The position numbers were made by a program, and so were the translations under genes. 64,000 nt of DNA from Thainema sp. (GTDB lineage: Bacteria > Cyanobacteriota > Cyanobacteriia > Phormidesmidales > Phormidesmidaceae), in NCBI GenBank assembly GCA_052168235.1, contig JBQLZK010000002.1, forward strand, positions 96,001 through 160,000, in the 5' to 3' direction. Position 1 is the first letter of the stretch, and every line of letters begins with the position of its first letter. Positions 19,977-31,133 of this stretch are shown here, one piece after another. A model generated the notes under the pieces. The model was not told the origin of the DNA. It searched no databases and saw nothing but the letters and a program-made list of their open reading frames with translations.

Positions 19977-20660
19977 ATGCCGACCACCACTACTGACGAT
20001 AAAACTGTTGTTCGCGAATATTTCAACTCTACAGGCTTCGACCGTTGGCGGCGCATCTACGGCGAGGGCGAAGTAAATAAAGTGCAGTTGGATATTCGCA
20101 AAGGTCATCAGCAAACCATTGACACCGTTTTGGCTTGGCTGCGCGACGATGGCGATACCGCAGGTCGCAGTATTTGTGACGCTGGCTGTGGCACCGGTAG
20201 CCTCAGCATTCCGCTGGCCGAAATGGGTGCAAACGTTTATGCGACCGATATTTCAGAAAAGATGGTCGGAGAGGCGAAAGAGCGGGCCGCCGGACTGAAT
20301 GGTCAAGCACCAACGTTCGAAGTGAAAGACTTAGAAAGCCTGTCCGGCAGCTATCACACTGTCATTTGCCTGGATGTGCTGATCCACTATCCTCAGGACA
20401 AGGCAGCCGACATGATTCAGCACCTCAGCTCATTGGCTGAATCGCGCCTAATCCTCAGCTTTGCGCCTAAAACCTTTGCCTACAGCCTGCTGAAGAAAAT
20501 TGGTGAGTTTTTTCCTGGCCCCAGCAAAACCACGCGAGCTTACTTACACAAAGAGTCTGATGTGGTTACCATCCTGGAGCGCAATGGCTGGCAAATTAAG
20601 CGCAACGGCATGACCAAGACCCAGTTTTATTTCTCCCGAATCCTGGAAGCAACCAAATAA
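19977..20660 (+). CDS. chlM: Magnesium-protoporphyrin IX methyltransferase
   Basis: 'YFNSTGFDRWRRIYG', SAM motif 'CDAGCGTG', 'CLDVLIHYP'. Confidence 0.97.
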   Translation: MPTTTTDDKTVVREYFNSTGFDRWRRIYGEGEVNKVQLDIRKGHQQTIDTVLAWLRDDGDTAGRSICDAGCGTGSLSIPLAEMGANVYATDISEKMVGEAKERAAGLNGQAPTFEVKDLESLSGSYHTVICLDVLIHYPQDKAADMIQHLSSLAESRLILSFAPKTFAYSLLKKIGEFFPGPSKTTRAYLHKESDVVTILERNGWQIKRNGMTKTQFYFSRILEATK

Positions 20661-20750
20661 GTTCTGTCTGGATTTTAAGTATGAGTATAGTGGTTCCGTC
20701 GCCATGCTCATGCTCATGTCTAGATATAGCAATGGCTAGGTGTGTCAGGT

Positions 20751-20795
20751 AGGGACATTTTGTGGAGCGGTTCAACCGCCCCACAAAATGTCCCT
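20751..20795. repeat. Long palindrome, GTAG-preceded (REP-like)
   Basis: (gt)agggacattttgtggagcggtt-c-aaccgccccacaaaatgtccct, 22-bp arms, one mismatch. Confidence 0.7.
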
Positions 20796-20939
20796 GTCCT
20801 AACTTAGCTGGCTACAGCGATATTTCTAGATTTTGAGTTTATGGCGGTCAATTGATTTGAGCAGGCTAAGATTGCGGATATTTGAGATCCGGACTTGGAT
20901 CTTGACTTAAACATTTGCGATCGCAGTTGAACAACGGCT

Positions 20940-21461
20940 ATGAAATTACTGAAGTGGATATTTGGAGGATGCTTTGCCACCGCTGGTCTACTTTGGTTGC
21001 TGCTGTGTATTGCGATCGCAGCGGTTGAAAAGTTCGAAGATCCTTCTGAGCGAGTTAACATCTTGGCCGCAGGCTTCGTAATGGGTTTGCCGCCCAGCCT
21101 GCTCGGCGGCGTGTTGCTGTGGAGCGCTTACCAGCAAGGGCAACGCGAGTATCACGATCGGCTGTGGAACGCCTTTTACGAGTTAATTCAAACTGACGGT
21201 GGTCATATTTCAGCCCTGAGCTACGCAATGAAAGCGAAGGTAACTGGGGAAGTTGCGCGGCAGTTTTTAGATGCGCGTTCGAGAGAATTCAATGGTCATT
21301 TTCGCGTCAGCGCTGAAGGCGATATTTCCTACTGGTTCAGTCCTCAGCTTGGGCAAGGTAAACCGTCATATCAGCTCGACCAGGTCTTAGATCCGTTACC
21401 TCTGGATACTTTGCCGCTAGAATCTTCACCGGAATCGACTTATCCGGAGCAAGAACTATGA
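20940..21461 (+). CDS. Hypothetical membrane protein (paralog 1 of tandem pair)
   Basis: Two TMs then 'FYELIQ..GGHISALSYAM...LDARSREFNGHFRVSAEG.ISYWF'. Confidence 0.8.
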   Translation: MKLLKWIFGGCFATAGLLWLLLCIAIAAVEKFEDPSERVNILAAGFVMGLPPSLLGGVLLWSAYQQGQREYHDRLWNAFYELIQTDGGHISALSYAMKAKVTGEVARQFLDARSREFNGHFRVSAEGDISYWFSPQLGQGKPSYQLDQVLDPLPLDTLPLESSPESTYPEQEL

Positions 21462-22126
21462 AACTGGTTAAGCGAATTGCGGCTGGAGTACTTCTAGCAT
21501 GGGGCTTTATCTGTGCAGTCCGAGTCGTTGATGTATCGCTGGCGCGACAAATTGATCCACCTGATCGACGCAATATTATTGTGGCCTGTTTAATGCTTGG
21601 CACTCCGGCTTTGGCAGGTGGTGGCTGGCTCGTATGGCAAGAACAGCAGCGACGAGAGCAACAGATTGACAAGCGACTGCAAGCCGTCTTCTTTCAACTG
21701 CTGCGTCAAGGGGAAGGTTATATCTCGGTCTTACCCTTCGCTATGCAAACCGAGCTGAATGCCGCCGAGGCTAAAGCTTATCTCGATCAGCGAGCTAGAG
21801 ACTTCCAAGCTGATTTTCAGGTCAGCGAGACGGGGCAAGTCTTCTACTATTTCGATATCAATGGCATAAGCTCCAAGCAACTCGGTGGTGCGGTCGCGTT
21901 AGAGCGGTTTGACGTCGTCTTAGAGTCGTTCCCGTCCCATGAGCGACGATTGGTCATTCGAGCCATCAAGCAAATCCGCGATTGCTCTTGGAAGGAGGCG
22001 AAAGCGCTCGTAGACTATGTTCCTTTCCCAGTGCAGCAAAACATTGACCGCCCATTAGCAGAAGCGGCTCAACGCAAACTCGCTGCAACGGGTGCAAACG
22101 TGATTTTGATCCTAAAGAATGCGTAG
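21458..22126 (+). CDS. Hypothetical membrane protein (paralog 2) with C-terminal ribosomal L7/L12-CTD-like domain
   Basis: Same domain as upstream gene plus 'FDVVLE...VIRAIKQIR..SWKEAKALVD..P..V...AEAAQRKLAATGANV'; ATGA overlap. Confidence 0.75.
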   Translation: MKLVKRIAAGVLLAWGFICAVRVVDVSLARQIDPPDRRNIIVACLMLGTPALAGGGWLVWQEQQRREQQIDKRLQAVFFQLLRQGEGYISVLPFAMQTELNAAEAKAYLDQRARDFQADFQVSETGQVFYYFDINGISSKQLGGAVALERFDVVLESFPSHERRLVIRAIKQIRDCSWKEAKALVDYVPFPVQQNIDRPLAEAAQRKLAATGANVILILKNA

Positions 22127-22257
22127 CAACCAGATGGATACCAACATGAAATCCGCTTGAAAACCAAAGCGGATTTCAAGCGGATTGATGGGGTATATGT
22201 TTTGTTTTCTATGTTTTTATCGAAAAAGCCTTTGTCAGAAAGCTCTGTGCAGACAAG

Positions 22258-23037
22258 TTACTCTACATGAGTCGAGGTCATTGACTGCTGCAATGATTTC
22301 AGTCCTTTCTTAATCCGGCGCGAAACCGTAACGGCACTGATGCCTAAGCGCTCTGCGGTTTCTTTTTGCGTTAAGTCCTGCAAGAAAACGAACTCTAGAA
22401 CTTCTCGGGTGCGATTTTCGAGTTGGGACAGACACTGCTGAAGTCGAATTTGGTCTTCCTGAGCCAGTTGGAAACTCCGATAACGAGCATCGGGAATTAA
22501 ATCTCCCAAAGATGCAGTATTTTCGTCGTCTTCCCGCATGGGAGCATCTAAACTGAGCGGCTCTTTGTTGCGACCTGCTAGCTTAATCTCCTGCCATTCG
22601 CTGACCTCAACTTCCAAGTAGGTAGCCACTTCTAGGTCTGAGGGATAGCGACCCGTTTCAGATTGGAACTGTCGAGTAAACCGAATGGCTTGTCGCTGCA
22701 AACGCTGCCAGCGTCTGGGAATGCGTAGCGAACTAGCTTTATCTCTCAAATAGTGCTGAATTTCACCACGAATATAGGGAATTGCAAACGAACTAAACGC
22801 ATGCCCTTTGGATAGGTCAAATCGTTCAATTGCACGGATTAGACCGAGACTGCCGATCTGAACGAGATCATCATAGAGTTCAGTACACTGATTCACCCAA
22901 TGGTGAGCCTCTTTGCGTGCTAGCCCGATATTGAGCTGCACCAGCCGATTTCGGAGTTCGGGAGAGGGCGATTGCTGATATTGACGCAACAGCTCAAGGG
23001 TTTCGCTTTTCAGTTCGTGGTGACAAGTGGTAGGCAT
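22258..23037 (-). CDS. sigF: RNA polymerase sigma factor SigF
   Basis: 'LRNRLVQLNIGL', 'GHAFSSFAIPYIRGEIQHYLRD', 'YRSFQLAQEDQIRL'. Confidence 0.93.
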   Translation of the reverse strand: MPTTCHHELKSETLELLRQYQQSPSPELRNRLVQLNIGLARKEAHHWVNQCTELYDDLVQIGSLGLIRAIERFDLSKGHAFSSFAIPYIRGEIQHYLRDKASSLRIPRRWQRLQRQAIRFTRQFQSETGRYPSDLEVATYLEVEVSEWQEIKLAGRNKEPLSLDAPMREDDENTASLGDLIPDARYRSFQLAQEDQIRLQQCLSQLENRTREVLEFVFLQDLTQKETAERLGISAVTVSRRIKKGLKSLQQSMTSTHVE

Positions 23038-23425
23038 GACGACATCAGGAGGTAGATTGCAGGACTGGTATCAGAGGAAGAACAACTGTCATTCATTTGG
23101 TGCTTCCTTAGGATGGCGATGTGCCAAACAGTGCGCAAAGACAATTCAAACTTAGTACCAACATTATTCAGTTAGGGACAGGTTTATCAACCTCATTTCT
23201 ACTGAATCCTGCATAAACAAGTAAGTTCCGGTAGTTTATAAAAAGCTGTCTCTTATGGTCGAAAAACTATGCAATCTGGTCAGGATCGATAGTTGAGATA
23301 GATGCAACAAAATGTAACTCTTATGCATAATTCTACGGAGCAGATGCGTAAACCTTATTTAAGGAATACTACATCACAGGCCAAAAATATCAATTACTGC
23401 TGTGTGTTCAAGCAAGATTTACATA

Positions 23426-24547
23426 CTATGCATCCCAGACTTGATACTGAGCAATTTTGCTGAAATTCCCAGTGGCGTAGCACAACATTCTCAGCTTGTT
23501 AAGCGCCTGTTGTTCTAAACGAGAATCTTTCATTTGCTGTACGATGGTTAATCGCTGTTCGCAACAGTCAAGCGCCTTGTTTTGTTGTCCTAATGCACTG
23601 TAGGCGGTACTAAGGCTTTCTAACGTTTGTTCTTCACTCCGGTAGTCTCCGTGCTGCTGAGCCAGTTCTAGCCGCTGTTGTAGGTAATGAATCGCTTTTT
23701 GGTAGTCGCCGATGGTACTGCAAGCATTGGCTAAATTGCGCAGAATTTGATTAATACTACGCGGATCTTGCTGCTGTTGTGCGATGCTCAAAACTCGCTC
23801 ATAGTAGTTAACGGTATCGGCATAGTTCCCCATCGCGTGGGCTGCGTTGCCGAGGTTCCGTAGGATTTGTTTTTCAATGGCATGTTCTTGTAGATTTTGT
23901 GCGATCGCAAGACTTGCTTTGTAATAGCTGATGGCCGAATCGTAGTCGCCGCGCGCCCGGTAAACCATGCCTAAGTTGTTCAGCGCAGCCATTTCTTTCA
24001 TTGGATCATTTAAACGTTGAGCCAGTTCCAAAGCCTGCTGTTTATATTGAATGGCCTTGCCATAATCTTGCAAATGTCGATACGCATTCCCTAAATTAGC
24101 CAATGCCTGATGCTCAAGTTCAATATCTCCAAGATTTTGAGCAACCATTAAGCTTTGGCGTCCACACGTAATGGACGCCCCGTACTCAGCTAGCGAATAG
24201 TAGGTCAGCGCTAACCAGCTTAAAATTTTTCCTTCTAATGGCAGTCCATCCTCATTGAGCTGGCGACACTGTTCTAAAGCTTCTTCTAACAATGCACAAG
24301 CCGACTGAAAATGGCCCGTACGATATTGCTGGATCCCCCTTTGGCATCGAGCTTCTGCGGTACTGCCAGATTCCCTCGCTTCAGCAATCAGCGAAGCATC
24401 GTTTGCTGAAGCGAGGGAATCTACTTTGCTTCGAGATAAAGCTGGAATTGTGCCACGAGACAGTCGGGTGACGCGGTTTTGGGCATCACTAGAGTAATCA
24501 TTAACTGGAAATGGTTTTGCATTCATCGCAAGCAAAGCATCCTTCAC
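23426..24547 (-). CDS. Tetratricopeptide repeat protein
   Basis: Repeated 'ALNNLG..Y...GDY..AI.YY..SL.IAQ' units; start uncertain. Confidence 0.88.
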   Translation of the reverse strand: MKDALLAMNAKPFPVNDYSSDAQNRVTRLSRGTIPALSRSKVDSLASANDASLIAEARESGSTAEARCQRGIQQYRTGHFQSACALLEEALEQCRQLNEDGLPLEGKILSWLALTYYSLAEYGASITCGRQSLMVAQNLGDIELEHQALANLGNAYRHLQDYGKAIQYKQQALELAQRLNDPMKEMAALNNLGMVYRARGDYDSAISYYKASLAIAQNLQEHAIEKQILRNLGNAAHAMGNYADTVNYYERVLSIAQQQQDPRSINQILRNLANACSTIGDYQKAIHYLQQRLELAQQHGDYRSEEQTLESLSTAYSALGQQNKALDCCEQRLTIVQQMKDSRLEQQALNKLRMLCYATGNFSKIAQYQVWDA

Positions 24548-25012
24548 AATTCAGTGCAATTAAAGCATCATGCGAAGAGGCACTGAGGCAAGAAAATAGG
24601 AGTGTGCAATAGTCTTCCAGTTGGAATACGCTTGCGAACCACTCCTCCACTTCACATTCTTCGATTTGTTCTTTAACTTTAGATAAATCAATGGCTAGCC
24701 CCCACCGTGATATTCCGCATTTCTGAAAATGCCTACTGAGTAAAGACGTCCTAGAAAATACGGTACTTTGCGGACATCAACCGTTAGATGCCGTCATATT
24801 TAACCTATCCCTCAAATGGTCACTCAGTACTGTGACGGAGATCACGTCGTAAGTTGATTGAGATCGTATTTCTCTAATGGTGAATCGCGCATACTCTATA
24901 TAGACTCAACTCTAGCCGAGTCATCAACAGGGAACACACAACTGCCGACAGCTTTCTTCGTGAGAGATGTCGGTTTTTTATTGGATAGTTTTTGATTGAT
25001 TTTTCTTGGACA

Positions 25013-25060
25013 AAAAAGAGGAGTGATGGTTGTCCTCGAAACAAACATCACTCCTCTTTT
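25013..25060 (-). terminator. Hairpin terminator downstream of FKBP PPIase
   Basis: aaaagaggagtgatg...catcactcctctttt inverted repeat. Confidence 0.6.
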
Positions 25061-25079
25061 CGGGATGGCTAGGCGAAAC

Positions 25080-25508
25080 TTACACAATTTCGACTAGCTC
25101 AATATCAAATATGAGATTTTCGCCTGCTAGCGGATGATTTGCATCCAGCGTTACCTTACTCTCGGATACATCAGTGACAAGCACTGGAATTGCTTGGCCA
25201 TTGGGTTGGCCGATCTGAAGTTGCTGACCAACTGCCAGTGGGATATCCGCTGGAATTTGCTGGCGCTCAACCACAACCACCCGTTCCGGATTGTGGGAAC
25301 CATAGGCTTGATCAGGAGGAATACTAGCCGTTTTGGATTCGCCCGGACTCATTCCCATCACAGCAGACTCAAATCCAGGGATGATGCCGCCTGATCCAAC
25401 GGAAAATTCTAGCGGTTCACGGTTTGCAGAGGAATCAAAGACCGTTCCGTCTTCGAGCTTCCCGGTGTAGTGTACTTTGACTGTATCGCCGGTTTTGACT
25501 TGTGACAT
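25080..25508 (-). CDS. FKBP-type peptidyl-prolyl isomerase (SlyD/SlpA-like)
   Basis: 'VKVHYTGKLEDGTVFDSS', 'IIPGFE', 'DANHPLAGENLIF'. Confidence 0.95.
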   Translation of the reverse strand: MSQVKTGDTVKVHYTGKLEDGTVFDSSANREPLEFSVGSGGIIPGFESAVMGMSPGESKTASIPPDQAYGSHNPERVVVVERQQIPADIPLAVGQQLQIGQPNGQAIPVLVTDVSESKVTLDANHPLAGENLIFDIELVEIV

Positions 25509-25593
25509 AAGAAGTTGCCTCGTTATCTAGTGCCACCTTAACAACTACTTGGCAATTACCCCTCAGGCCTTAGGCATTTCTAGAGATTTCCAA

Positions 25594-26889
25594 TTAATCA
25601 AAAATATTAAAAATGCCAAAGACGGTAGATAGAATGCGGCCAATGGGACTTGTAATCTGACCAGCTGAGTCAGAAAAACGGGTTAACCCAGAGCGTCCGA
25701 CAACGATGACATCATTTTCGAGCAGTGCAGGATTATTCTCTTCACTCAACTCATTCCCTAAGTCAATTTCAATCTCTCGTTCGACGACAGTGCCATCTGG
25801 ATTGAGCCGCACTAGATTGACTTCATCCTTTTCAGCTCGCACCGGATCAAATCCACCGGCTGAGAGGAGAGCCTGATTGAGTGGCGTATTGGGGGCAACT
25901 TGAATGGGGCCAGGGGATTCAACTTCACCAATTACAAATACCGTAATCGTTTCGGGTGAAATGCTGGTCGAACCGATTTGAATCGCTTCCGCTGCCGTGA
26001 GCGCTTCTGCTGTGGGAATAAAAATAGAATCACCACTTTGCAGCGTAATGTCTTTACTCAGATTTGCATTAGTGACGAGCTCCCACAGGTTAACCGTCAT
26101 CGACTGATCAGGACTACCAGAAGAGGCTCGCTGGACTTCTACTTCTCGAAGATTGGCACGTGGTGTAATACCGCCAGCAAGCTGAATCGCTTCGGTCAGC
26201 GTGGGAAATCCGCCTTCTTGTCGCTGCTCTAGTGAAATCGTGTAGGAACCTGGACGTTTGACGGCACCTGCGATCGCAACTCGTACCGGACGCAGAGCTA
26301 GGGGAGAAACCGTCACAACGGCTCGCCGTAAATAGGGACGATAGGCCACTGAGATCGCATCTGCCGCTTCTGTAAAGGTCAAACCTTGAACCGCAACACT
26401 GCCAGCAGTTGGTAAGTTCACCGTGCCATCGGTTAGAATCAGCGCTTCACCACTGTATTGCTCTGCCCCAAAAATGCTGATAGCAACGCGATCTCCAGGT
26501 CCTAAGGTATAGCGATCGCTAATCGTGGGTATAGTGGGTGCAGCCTGTGGTGGCACATAAGAATCTTGATTATTTTCGTTGAAAATGTCGTAGCGAGTAG
26601 ATGGACTAGCGGAATTGCCTCCAGGCGAGAGTTCCGGTAGGGGAGTGGTCTGTACCGGATAGTCGGCAATATAGTGTTGGGACTCCAGATTATCTAAACT
26701 ATCTGCTTGAGGGCTAGAATGCTGATGCTGATTGGGCTGAACGGTCAGAGCAAGATTGCTATTGCTGATTGCAAGAGGTTCATCAACTAGCTGAAGCGAT
26801 TGTGCGATCGCACAATCTGACAACATCCAGAGCGAGACCAAAGCCGCGCTACCGCATAAAAATCGTGGAGATTTAGGAAACCAAGCCAT
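25594..26889 (-). CDS. Polysaccharide export protein (Wza/OPX, SLBB domains)
   Basis: 'YTLGPGD', 'DGTVNLP..G', SLBB repeats 'GAVKRPG', 'GEVESPG'. Confidence 0.9.
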   Translation of the reverse strand: MAWFPKSPRFLCGSAALVSLWMLSDCAIAQSLQLVDEPLAISNSNLALTVQPNQHQHSSPQADSLDNLESQHYIADYPVQTTPLPELSPGGNSASPSTRYDIFNENNQDSYVPPQAAPTIPTISDRYTLGPGDRVAISIFGAEQYSGEALILTDGTVNLPTAGSVAVQGLTFTEAADAISVAYRPYLRRAVVTVSPLALRPVRVAIAGAVKRPGSYTISLEQRQEGGFPTLTEAIQLAGGITPRANLREVEVQRASSGSPDQSMTVNLWELVTNANLSKDITLQSGDSIFIPTAEALTAAEAIQIGSTSISPETITVFVIGEVESPGPIQVAPNTPLNQALLSAGGFDPVRAEKDEVNLVRLNPDGTVVEREIEIDLGNELSEENNPALLENDVIVVGRSGLTRFSDSAGQITSPIGRILSTVFGIFNIFD

Positions 26890-27094
26890 AATCAACTCGC
26901 TTGTTTTTGCTTCAAGACGGGCAAAGATGATGCTTGTTTCCTTTTTCTCAAACTCGATGGCTGATCCGGATGGTGATCGTGGTGTTGTGGTAAAGACGCC
27001 GACCTACTGATGGGTCTAGTGCTGAGCTACAATTTGCTTCACTCCCCACGTCTCTCGCCTCACGTCGCCGAGAACCGGAAATACCCGAAACGTA

Positions 27095-28081
27095 TTAAAC
27101 GCAGTTGGGACAGGCGCGATCGGCTTCGAAATCCGCCAGATTAGAAAGCGTTGTATGTGCGATCGCATCCAATGCATTTTGCGTAAAAAAGGCTTGGTGA
27201 GCTGTGATCACCACATTGGTGAATGATTGCAGAAGTTGAAATGTCTCGTCCTGAATCACAACGTCAGACAAATCCTCAAAAAACAAATCGGCTTCTTCTT
27301 CATAGACATCAATGCCCAGATAGCCGATTGTGCCGTCTTTGATGGCATCAATGGCAGCACGGGTATCAATCAGTCCACCCCGACTGGTATTAATTAGCAT
27401 TGCGCCTCGCTTCAAGTGCTGAAGAGAATCCCCATTGATCAAGTGATAGGTATCTGGCAGCAGCGGACAGTGGAGTGACACAATATCGGAGCGCGATAGT
27501 AGCTCAGGCATATCGACGTATTGTACCCCCAGTTCTAAACAGGCTGAATTTTGCTGTACGTCATGAGCCAGCAGCTTACAGCCAAAGCCATGCATAATCC
27601 GGGTAAAGCATTCGCCGATTTTACCTGTGCCAACAACGCCTACTGTAGAGCCGTGCAGGTCAAACCCCAATAGGCCACTGAGGGCAAAGTTGTCCTCACG
27701 GGTGCGGTTATAAGCCCGATGCAGTTTGCGATTGAGGGTGAGAATGAGGCCCACCGCATGTTCTGCCACCGCATAAGGTGAGTAAGCAGGCACCCGCGCC
27801 ACTGTAATACCGTGTTGCTTGGCGGCATCTAAATCTACGTTGTTGTAGCCAGCCGATCGCAAAACTACAAAGTGCGTCCCCTGATCCGCTAAGGTCTTCA
27901 ACGTCTCATGGTCAAGCTGGTCGTTGATGAAGACACAAACCGCTGGAAATCCCTCTGCTAGTTTGACTGTACTTGGAGTAAGCCGGGGCTCAAAAAAAGT
28001 GAGGTCATGCCCATAGGACTCATTGGTTGAGCGAAGCGAAGAGCGATCGTAGGGTTTTGTACTAAAAACAGCAACTTTCAT
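27095..28081 (-). CDS. ldhA: D-lactate dehydrogenase / 2-hydroxyacid dehydrogenase
   Basis: 'MKVAVFSTKPYD', 'RVPAYSPYAVAEH', 'GVVGTGKIG', 'INTSRG', 'TAHQAFFT'. Confidence 0.92.
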   Translation of the reverse strand: MKVAVFSTKPYDRSSLRSTNESYGHDLTFFEPRLTPSTVKLAEGFPAVCVFINDQLDHETLKTLADQGTHFVVLRSAGYNNVDLDAAKQHGITVARVPAYSPYAVAEHAVGLILTLNRKLHRAYNRTREDNFALSGLLGFDLHGSTVGVVGTGKIGECFTRIMHGFGCKLLAHDVQQNSACLELGVQYVDMPELLSRSDIVSLHCPLLPDTYHLINGDSLQHLKRGAMLINTSRGGLIDTRAAIDAIKDGTIGYLGIDVYEEEADLFFEDLSDVVIQDETFQLLQSFTNVVITAHQAFFTQNALDAIAHTTLSNLADFEADRACPNCV

Positions 28082-28250
28082 AAATCTTGCAGCACCACGG
28101 GCGGATTAGGTCTTCGCCAGTGATGGTATCGTCAACAGCGCTTCGAATGTATCAAACGATAGTCAGAAATCGCTGTTGCGATCGCAACCAGCAGCCCTAA
28201 ACAATGGTTCCAGATCTACAATTGCTCGATTAAATTGCACTATGACTGGG

Positions 28251-29105
28251 TTAATTCATGGAAGTGGCATCACGGGTTGCGCTGTCGCTGGATTGCGATC
28301 TCGTTGCGAGGACTTCTACCGTTTCGCCAACTTGTACGGTACCTAGCTCGTTTTGGATCAGGTTCTGACCAAACCAGATTTGGCCATCCCACAGCCGATA
28401 TTTGGCCAATGTCCGTAGCGGTTCACTGCTCCGTACGGCAGTCGATTGCTCCACCGTGGTCATAATACAGCGCGAACAGGGCTTTACCACCTGAAACGAC
28501 ACAGGGCCAATCTGAATTTGGCTCCAGGTATCTTCCTCGTGAGCCTGCACGCCATCTACGACAAAATTAGGCCGAAATCGATCCATCGGCACAGGATGAG
28601 CTAACTGCTGATTGAGGTTATCCAGCGATGCCTGAGAAATCAGCAAAAACGGATAGCCATCGGCAAAACTCACGAGCTGATTCGACAGGAGCGGATGATT
28701 CACCAGCCGACGCGATGAGTCTGGCATGTAGACCAACTGGCAGCGCACGTTGAGAAATCGACTAAACCACTCATTAATTTCATCATTTAGTGGAATCGCG
28801 CCACAGATATCCCGCCAAACCTGAACCGAAAGCTGGCCTTTGCGGTTTGGTTGTAAGGGAACCGAGAGCGGCGGCATTTGGGGGGCTGCGATCGCCAATC
28901 GTCCCTCCTCGGCTGCGATCGCAACTTGAATCAAAGCCATGCGCGGATGCTGACGCTGAGTCATAAACTGACCCGCTTGATCCACCAACATCCAGCGCCG
29001 ATCGTACTGTAGCCCCCGTGTTTCAACCTGCCCCGTTGACAGGGAAATACCAGCGGCAGATTTAATCGGATAAATATACAGACCGCTTAGGGTGATGGGG
29101 GGCAT
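28251..29105 (-). CDS. MOSC domain protein (YcbX/mARC-like)
   Basis: 'LYIYPIKS', 'DRRWMLVD', 'FADGYP', 'RFRPN', 'CSRC'; alternative start at 29126. Confidence 0.92.
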   Translation of the reverse strand: MPPITLSGLYIYPIKSAAGISLSTGQVETRGLQYDRRWMLVDQAGQFMTQRQHPRMALIQVAIAAEEGRLAIAAPQMPPLSVPLQPNRKGQLSVQVWRDICGAIPLNDEINEWFSRFLNVRCQLVYMPDSSRRLVNHPLLSNQLVSFADGYPFLLISQASLDNLNQQLAHPVPMDRFRPNFVVDGVQAHEEDTWSQIQIGPVSFQVVKPCSRCIMTTVEQSTAVRSSEPLRTLAKYRLWDGQIWFGQNLIQNELGTVQVGETVEVLATRSQSSDSATRDATSMN

Positions 29106-29273
29106 GCATCCAACTCCAGCAATCATAAATGGACTGATTGAACACCCGAATTCAAAATAGAATTCAGACTAAAGAGTCCATTATCACCCTTCACTGTCAT
29201 TCATGGTGGACTGAGCCCTTAATGACAATAGCAGTCTGTTGTTGCCAATTGTTTTTGACAGTTATGTAACATA

Positions 29274-29355
29274 TGCGGATGGCGAGACTCGAACTCGCAA
29301 GGCTTGCGCCACACGCCCCTCAAGCGTGCGTGTCTACCAATTCCACCACATCCGC
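29274..29355 (-). tRNA. trnL: tRNA-Leu (GAG)
   Basis: GCGGATGTGGTGGAATTGGTAGACACGCACGC-TTGAGGG-GCGTG...GTTCGAGTC...CATCCGCA; long variable arm. Confidence 0.97.
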
Positions 29356-29696
29356 GTGGGATATACGCTTTCTAGAATCTGAGCTGATCTGTAACCTGAA
29401 CGGTTACTTTTATCCTGTTGACAGATCAATAAACAGAACCAACTGCGATTTATCAGCATAGACCATTATGCTACCTTTGCAACCCTCTGACAAGTAAAAT
29501 CATTGCTAATCCTCAAAAGAGACTGATTGTGTGTGTTGTGCGTGGCGTGGGCTCTGTTTACCCGCCCGAAATCATCATCAACCGCCGCTACTCAATCATC
29601 AATTGATTGACGAGCAAGGCTCAACCACATGGTAGGATTAACTACCGTCAAGATACAGTCAGATAATCGTTTCTAAAAGACAGCATCGGCTACCAG

Positions 29697-31055
29697 ATGA
29701 GCTTTTCCAAGATTTTAATTGCGAACCGAGGGGAAATTGCGCTACGCATCATTCGAACATGCGAGGAACTTGGGATTGCCACGGTTGCCGTCCATTCGAC
29801 AGTGGACAAGCATGCGCTCCATGTTCAGCTCGCGGATGAAGCCGTTTGCATTGGCGAAGCTCCCAGCAGCAAAAGCTACCTGAATATCCCTAACATTATC
29901 GCTGCGGCTTTGACGCGCAACGCCTCTGCGATTCATCCCGGCTACGGTTTCTTGGCCGAAAACGCCAAATTTGCTGAAATCTGTGCTGATCACCAAATTA
30001 CTTTCATTGGCCCTACTCCAGAAGCCATGCTGTCGATGGGCGATAAGTCCACGGCCAAGGCAACCATGCAGCGAGTGGGTGTACCCACTGTACCGGGTAG
30101 TGATGGTTTAGTACTGGAAGACCAGGATGCACTTGCGATCGCAGATCGGATCGGCTACCCAGTCATGATCAAAGCCACGGCTGGCGGCGGTGGCCGTGGT
30201 ATGCGCCTAGTACGCGATCCAGGCGATTTATTGAAGCTATTTTCGGCAGCACAAGGTGAAGCCGAAGCAGCCTTTGGCAATCCTGGGCTTTATCTGGAAA
30301 AATTTATCGAACGTCCTCGCCACATTGAGTTTCAAATTTTAGCCGACAGCTATGGTAACGTTGTTCACCTGGGTGAACGAGACTGTTCAATTCAGCGTCG
30401 CCACCAGAAATTACTGGAAGAAGCTCCCAGTCCGGCTCTTGATCCAGTTCTGCGCGAAAAAATGGGTCAGGCTGCAGTACGAGCCGCTCAGTCCATTAAC
30501 TACGTTGGAGCCGGAACGGTAGAATTTTTGCTCGATGCCCACGGCAACTTCTACTTCATGGAGATGAATACCCGCATCCAGGTTGAGCATCCCGTCACTG
30601 AAGTTATCACGGGGTTAGACCTGATTGCAGAGCAAATCCGAGTGGCTCAAGGCGAACGGCTCTCGTTTACCCAAGATGAGATCTGTTTACGAGGTCACGC
30701 CATCGAATGCCGCATTAATGCTGAAGATCCAGCACATAATTTCCGGCCTCATCCGGGGCGAATCAACGGTTACTTACCTCCCGGCGGCAATGGTGTACGC
30801 ATGGATTCCCATGTCTATACAGACTATGAAATTCCGCCTTACTACGATTCACTAATTGGCAAACTCATTGTCTGGGGGCCAGATCGACCTACAGCAATTC
30901 GCCGTATGCGGCGGGCACTGCGTGAGTGCGCCATCACCGGACTGCCCACTACCATCAGTTTTCATCAGAAGGTGCTAGAAACGCCCCAGTTTTTGGCTGG
31001 CGATGTCTTTACTGACTTTGTAGACAAGGTTATGATGCCGTCTACACAAACCTGA
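29697..31055 (+). CDS. accC: Acetyl-CoA carboxylase biotin carboxylase subunit
   Basis: '[11 protein letters not shown]', '[10 protein letters not shown]', 'GGGGRGMR', '[10 protein letters not shown]', 'YYDSLIGKL'. Confidence 0.98.
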   Translation: MSFSKILIANRGEIALRIIRTCEELGIATVAVHSTVDKHALHVQLADEAVCIGEAPSSKSYLNIPNIIAAALTRNASAIHPGYGFLAENAKFAEICADHQITFIGPTPEAMLSMGDKSTAKATMQRVGVPTVPGSDGLVLEDQDALAIADRIGYPVMIKATAGGGGRGMRLVRDPGDLLKLFSAAQGEAEAAFGNPGLYLEKFIERPRHIEFQILADSYGNVVHLGERDCSIQRRHQKLLEEAPSPALDPVLREKMGQAAVRAAQSINYVGAGTVEFLLDAHGNFYFMEMNTRIQVEHPVTEVITGLDLIAEQIRVAQGERLSFTQDEICLRGHAIECRINAEDPAHNFRPHPGRINGYLPPGGNGVRMDSHVYTDYEIPPYYDSLIGKLIVWGPDRPTAIRRMRRALRECAITGLPTTISFHQKVLETPQFLAGDVFTDFVDKVMMPSTQT

Positions 31056-31068
31056 TTACTAGGTAGGC

Positions 31069-31101
31069 ACCAAAAAAGACGGCAGCGCCGTCTTTTTTGG
31101 T
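31069..31101. terminator. Bidirectional terminator accC/yggT
   Basis: accaaaaaagacggc-agc-gccgtcttttttggt between convergent genes. Confidence 0.75.
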
Positions 31102-31133
31102 CGTGGAAAACAATCAAAGTGCCTACCAGCTAG

